The notes beneath the pieces were generated by a model. The model had not been told where the DNA came from. It saw only the letters and a program-made list of their open reading frames with translations, and ran no database searches. Positions 63,170 to 64,000 of a stretch of 64,000 nt of DNA are shown one piece after another. Where the stretch lies: NCBI RefSeq assembly GCF_030028105.1, contig NC_092379.1, forward strand, positions 91,871,006 to 91,935,005, written 5' to 3'. Made by a program: the position numbers and the translations under genes. Positions within the stretch are counted from its first letter, which is position 1; each line of letters starts with the position of its first letter. The stretch is from Mobula birostris (taxonomy: Eukaryota).

Positions 63170-63613
63170 CGAGGGGTTATTGATGAGTTCATGGCCTAAG
63201 GTAGGAGGAGCCAATTTTAGAAAACCAAGCACATTTATTTTTCAACATAGTCCCCTCCTACATTTACACACTTAGTCCAGGGGTCGTGGAGCATACAGAT
63301 CTTGGACCTCCAGAAAGTGTCCACAACAGGGGTGATTGATACGTTCGTGGCCTAAGGCAGAAGGAGATGAGTTATACAGCTCTTGTTACATGAACATGCA
63401 GTTCAACACTTTGAGTGATTATGCAGAAAGTTTGAAGTTAATAACTCATCAGAGGTGATTGATAAGTTCGTGGCCTAAGGTAGAAGGAGATAAGGTATTA
63501 ACTTCAGGCTTGCTGCATAATCACTCAAAGAGTTAACCTGTATGTACATGTAATGAGAGCTGTATAACTCATCTCCTTGTACCTCAGGCCACAAACTTAT
63601 CAATCACCCCTCG
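63170..63613. mobile_element. Mariner-type non-autonomous element with internally repeated TIRs, 444 bp
   Basis: Ends CGAGGGGTTATTGATGAGTTCATGGCCTAAGGTA / TACCTCAGGCCACAAACTTATCAATCACCCCTCG then TA; further TIR copies near 63328 and 63452. Confidence 0.85.
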
Positions 63614-64000
63614 TATTAATTATTGAGGGGAATGGGCACAGAAATACTCTTCGCTGTTGACCTATTTCCTTTCCCTCTCCTGACAGTCACCAGCTATCTG
63701 CCTCCTGCAACTTGGGGGCAGCTACTTCCCTGTAGCTCCTATCTGTCACCTCCTCATTTTCCCGTATGAGCCAAAGATCGTTGAGCTGCAGCTCCAGTTA
63801 ATCCAGCTGCAGCTCATGTTAATTAGTTCTTTATCTGAAGATATTTGTACTTGGGAATGAAATTTTGGAAATTAAGTTTGGTTTGAGCAATTTCAAACAG
63901 ACTTTATTAAAATCAATATTTACACCCTTGAATACTTCTTTTCACCAGTATATGAATCCAGTTTTCACTATCTGAAAAAATTGGAGTTAATGAAGACTTT

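Larger units (their letters stand above)
58305..63800 (-). mobile_element. Old roughly full-length CR1 LINE carrying four secondary insertions
   Basis: Tail tagaacataaagacatagga at 58305; ORFs 58506-58730 and 59808-60014 (RPISPTSVVGK); ORF1 region 62560-63790 colinear with 24480-25270. Confidence 0.85.

Noticed and set aside
1-64000. CRISPR arrays, rRNA/tRNA genes, prokaryotic operons or retron-like systems
   Set aside because: Sequence is intron-containing vertebrate DNA; all RT motifs belong to LINE or Gypsy elements and no repeat-spacer array was seen.

Overview
Vertebrate nuclear DNA, not prokaryotic. The repeat landscape (CR1, Rex1/Babar-type LINEs, Penelope with hammerhead tails, Tc1/mariner, Gypsy) suggests a cartilaginous fish; this is inference. 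Three spliced genes were reconstructed by hand and are almost invisible in the ORF track. (1) CMC4 on the minus strand, 2 coding exons, 59 aa. (2) BRCC3/BRCC36 on the plus strand, head-to-head with CMC4 across a CpG-rich promoter, 8 coding exons, 261 aa, with one U12 AT-AC intron and one GC-AG intron. (3) The first three coding exons of a monoamine oxidase (MAO-family) gene 8.5 kb downstream of BRCC3, running off the window end. Most long ORFs are transposon relics, including a near-intact 4.4 kb CR1. Top observations: the MAO sits in the BRCC3/CMC4 neighbourhood rather than the canonical MAOA/B locus and may be a separate paralog; three unrelated elements inserted within about 25 bp of the same palindromic site in three different CR1 copies; and minimal hammerhead ribozyme motifs occur, including a 201-bp hairpin mini-element. 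TE boundaries are approximate unless a TSD or TIR is quoted.
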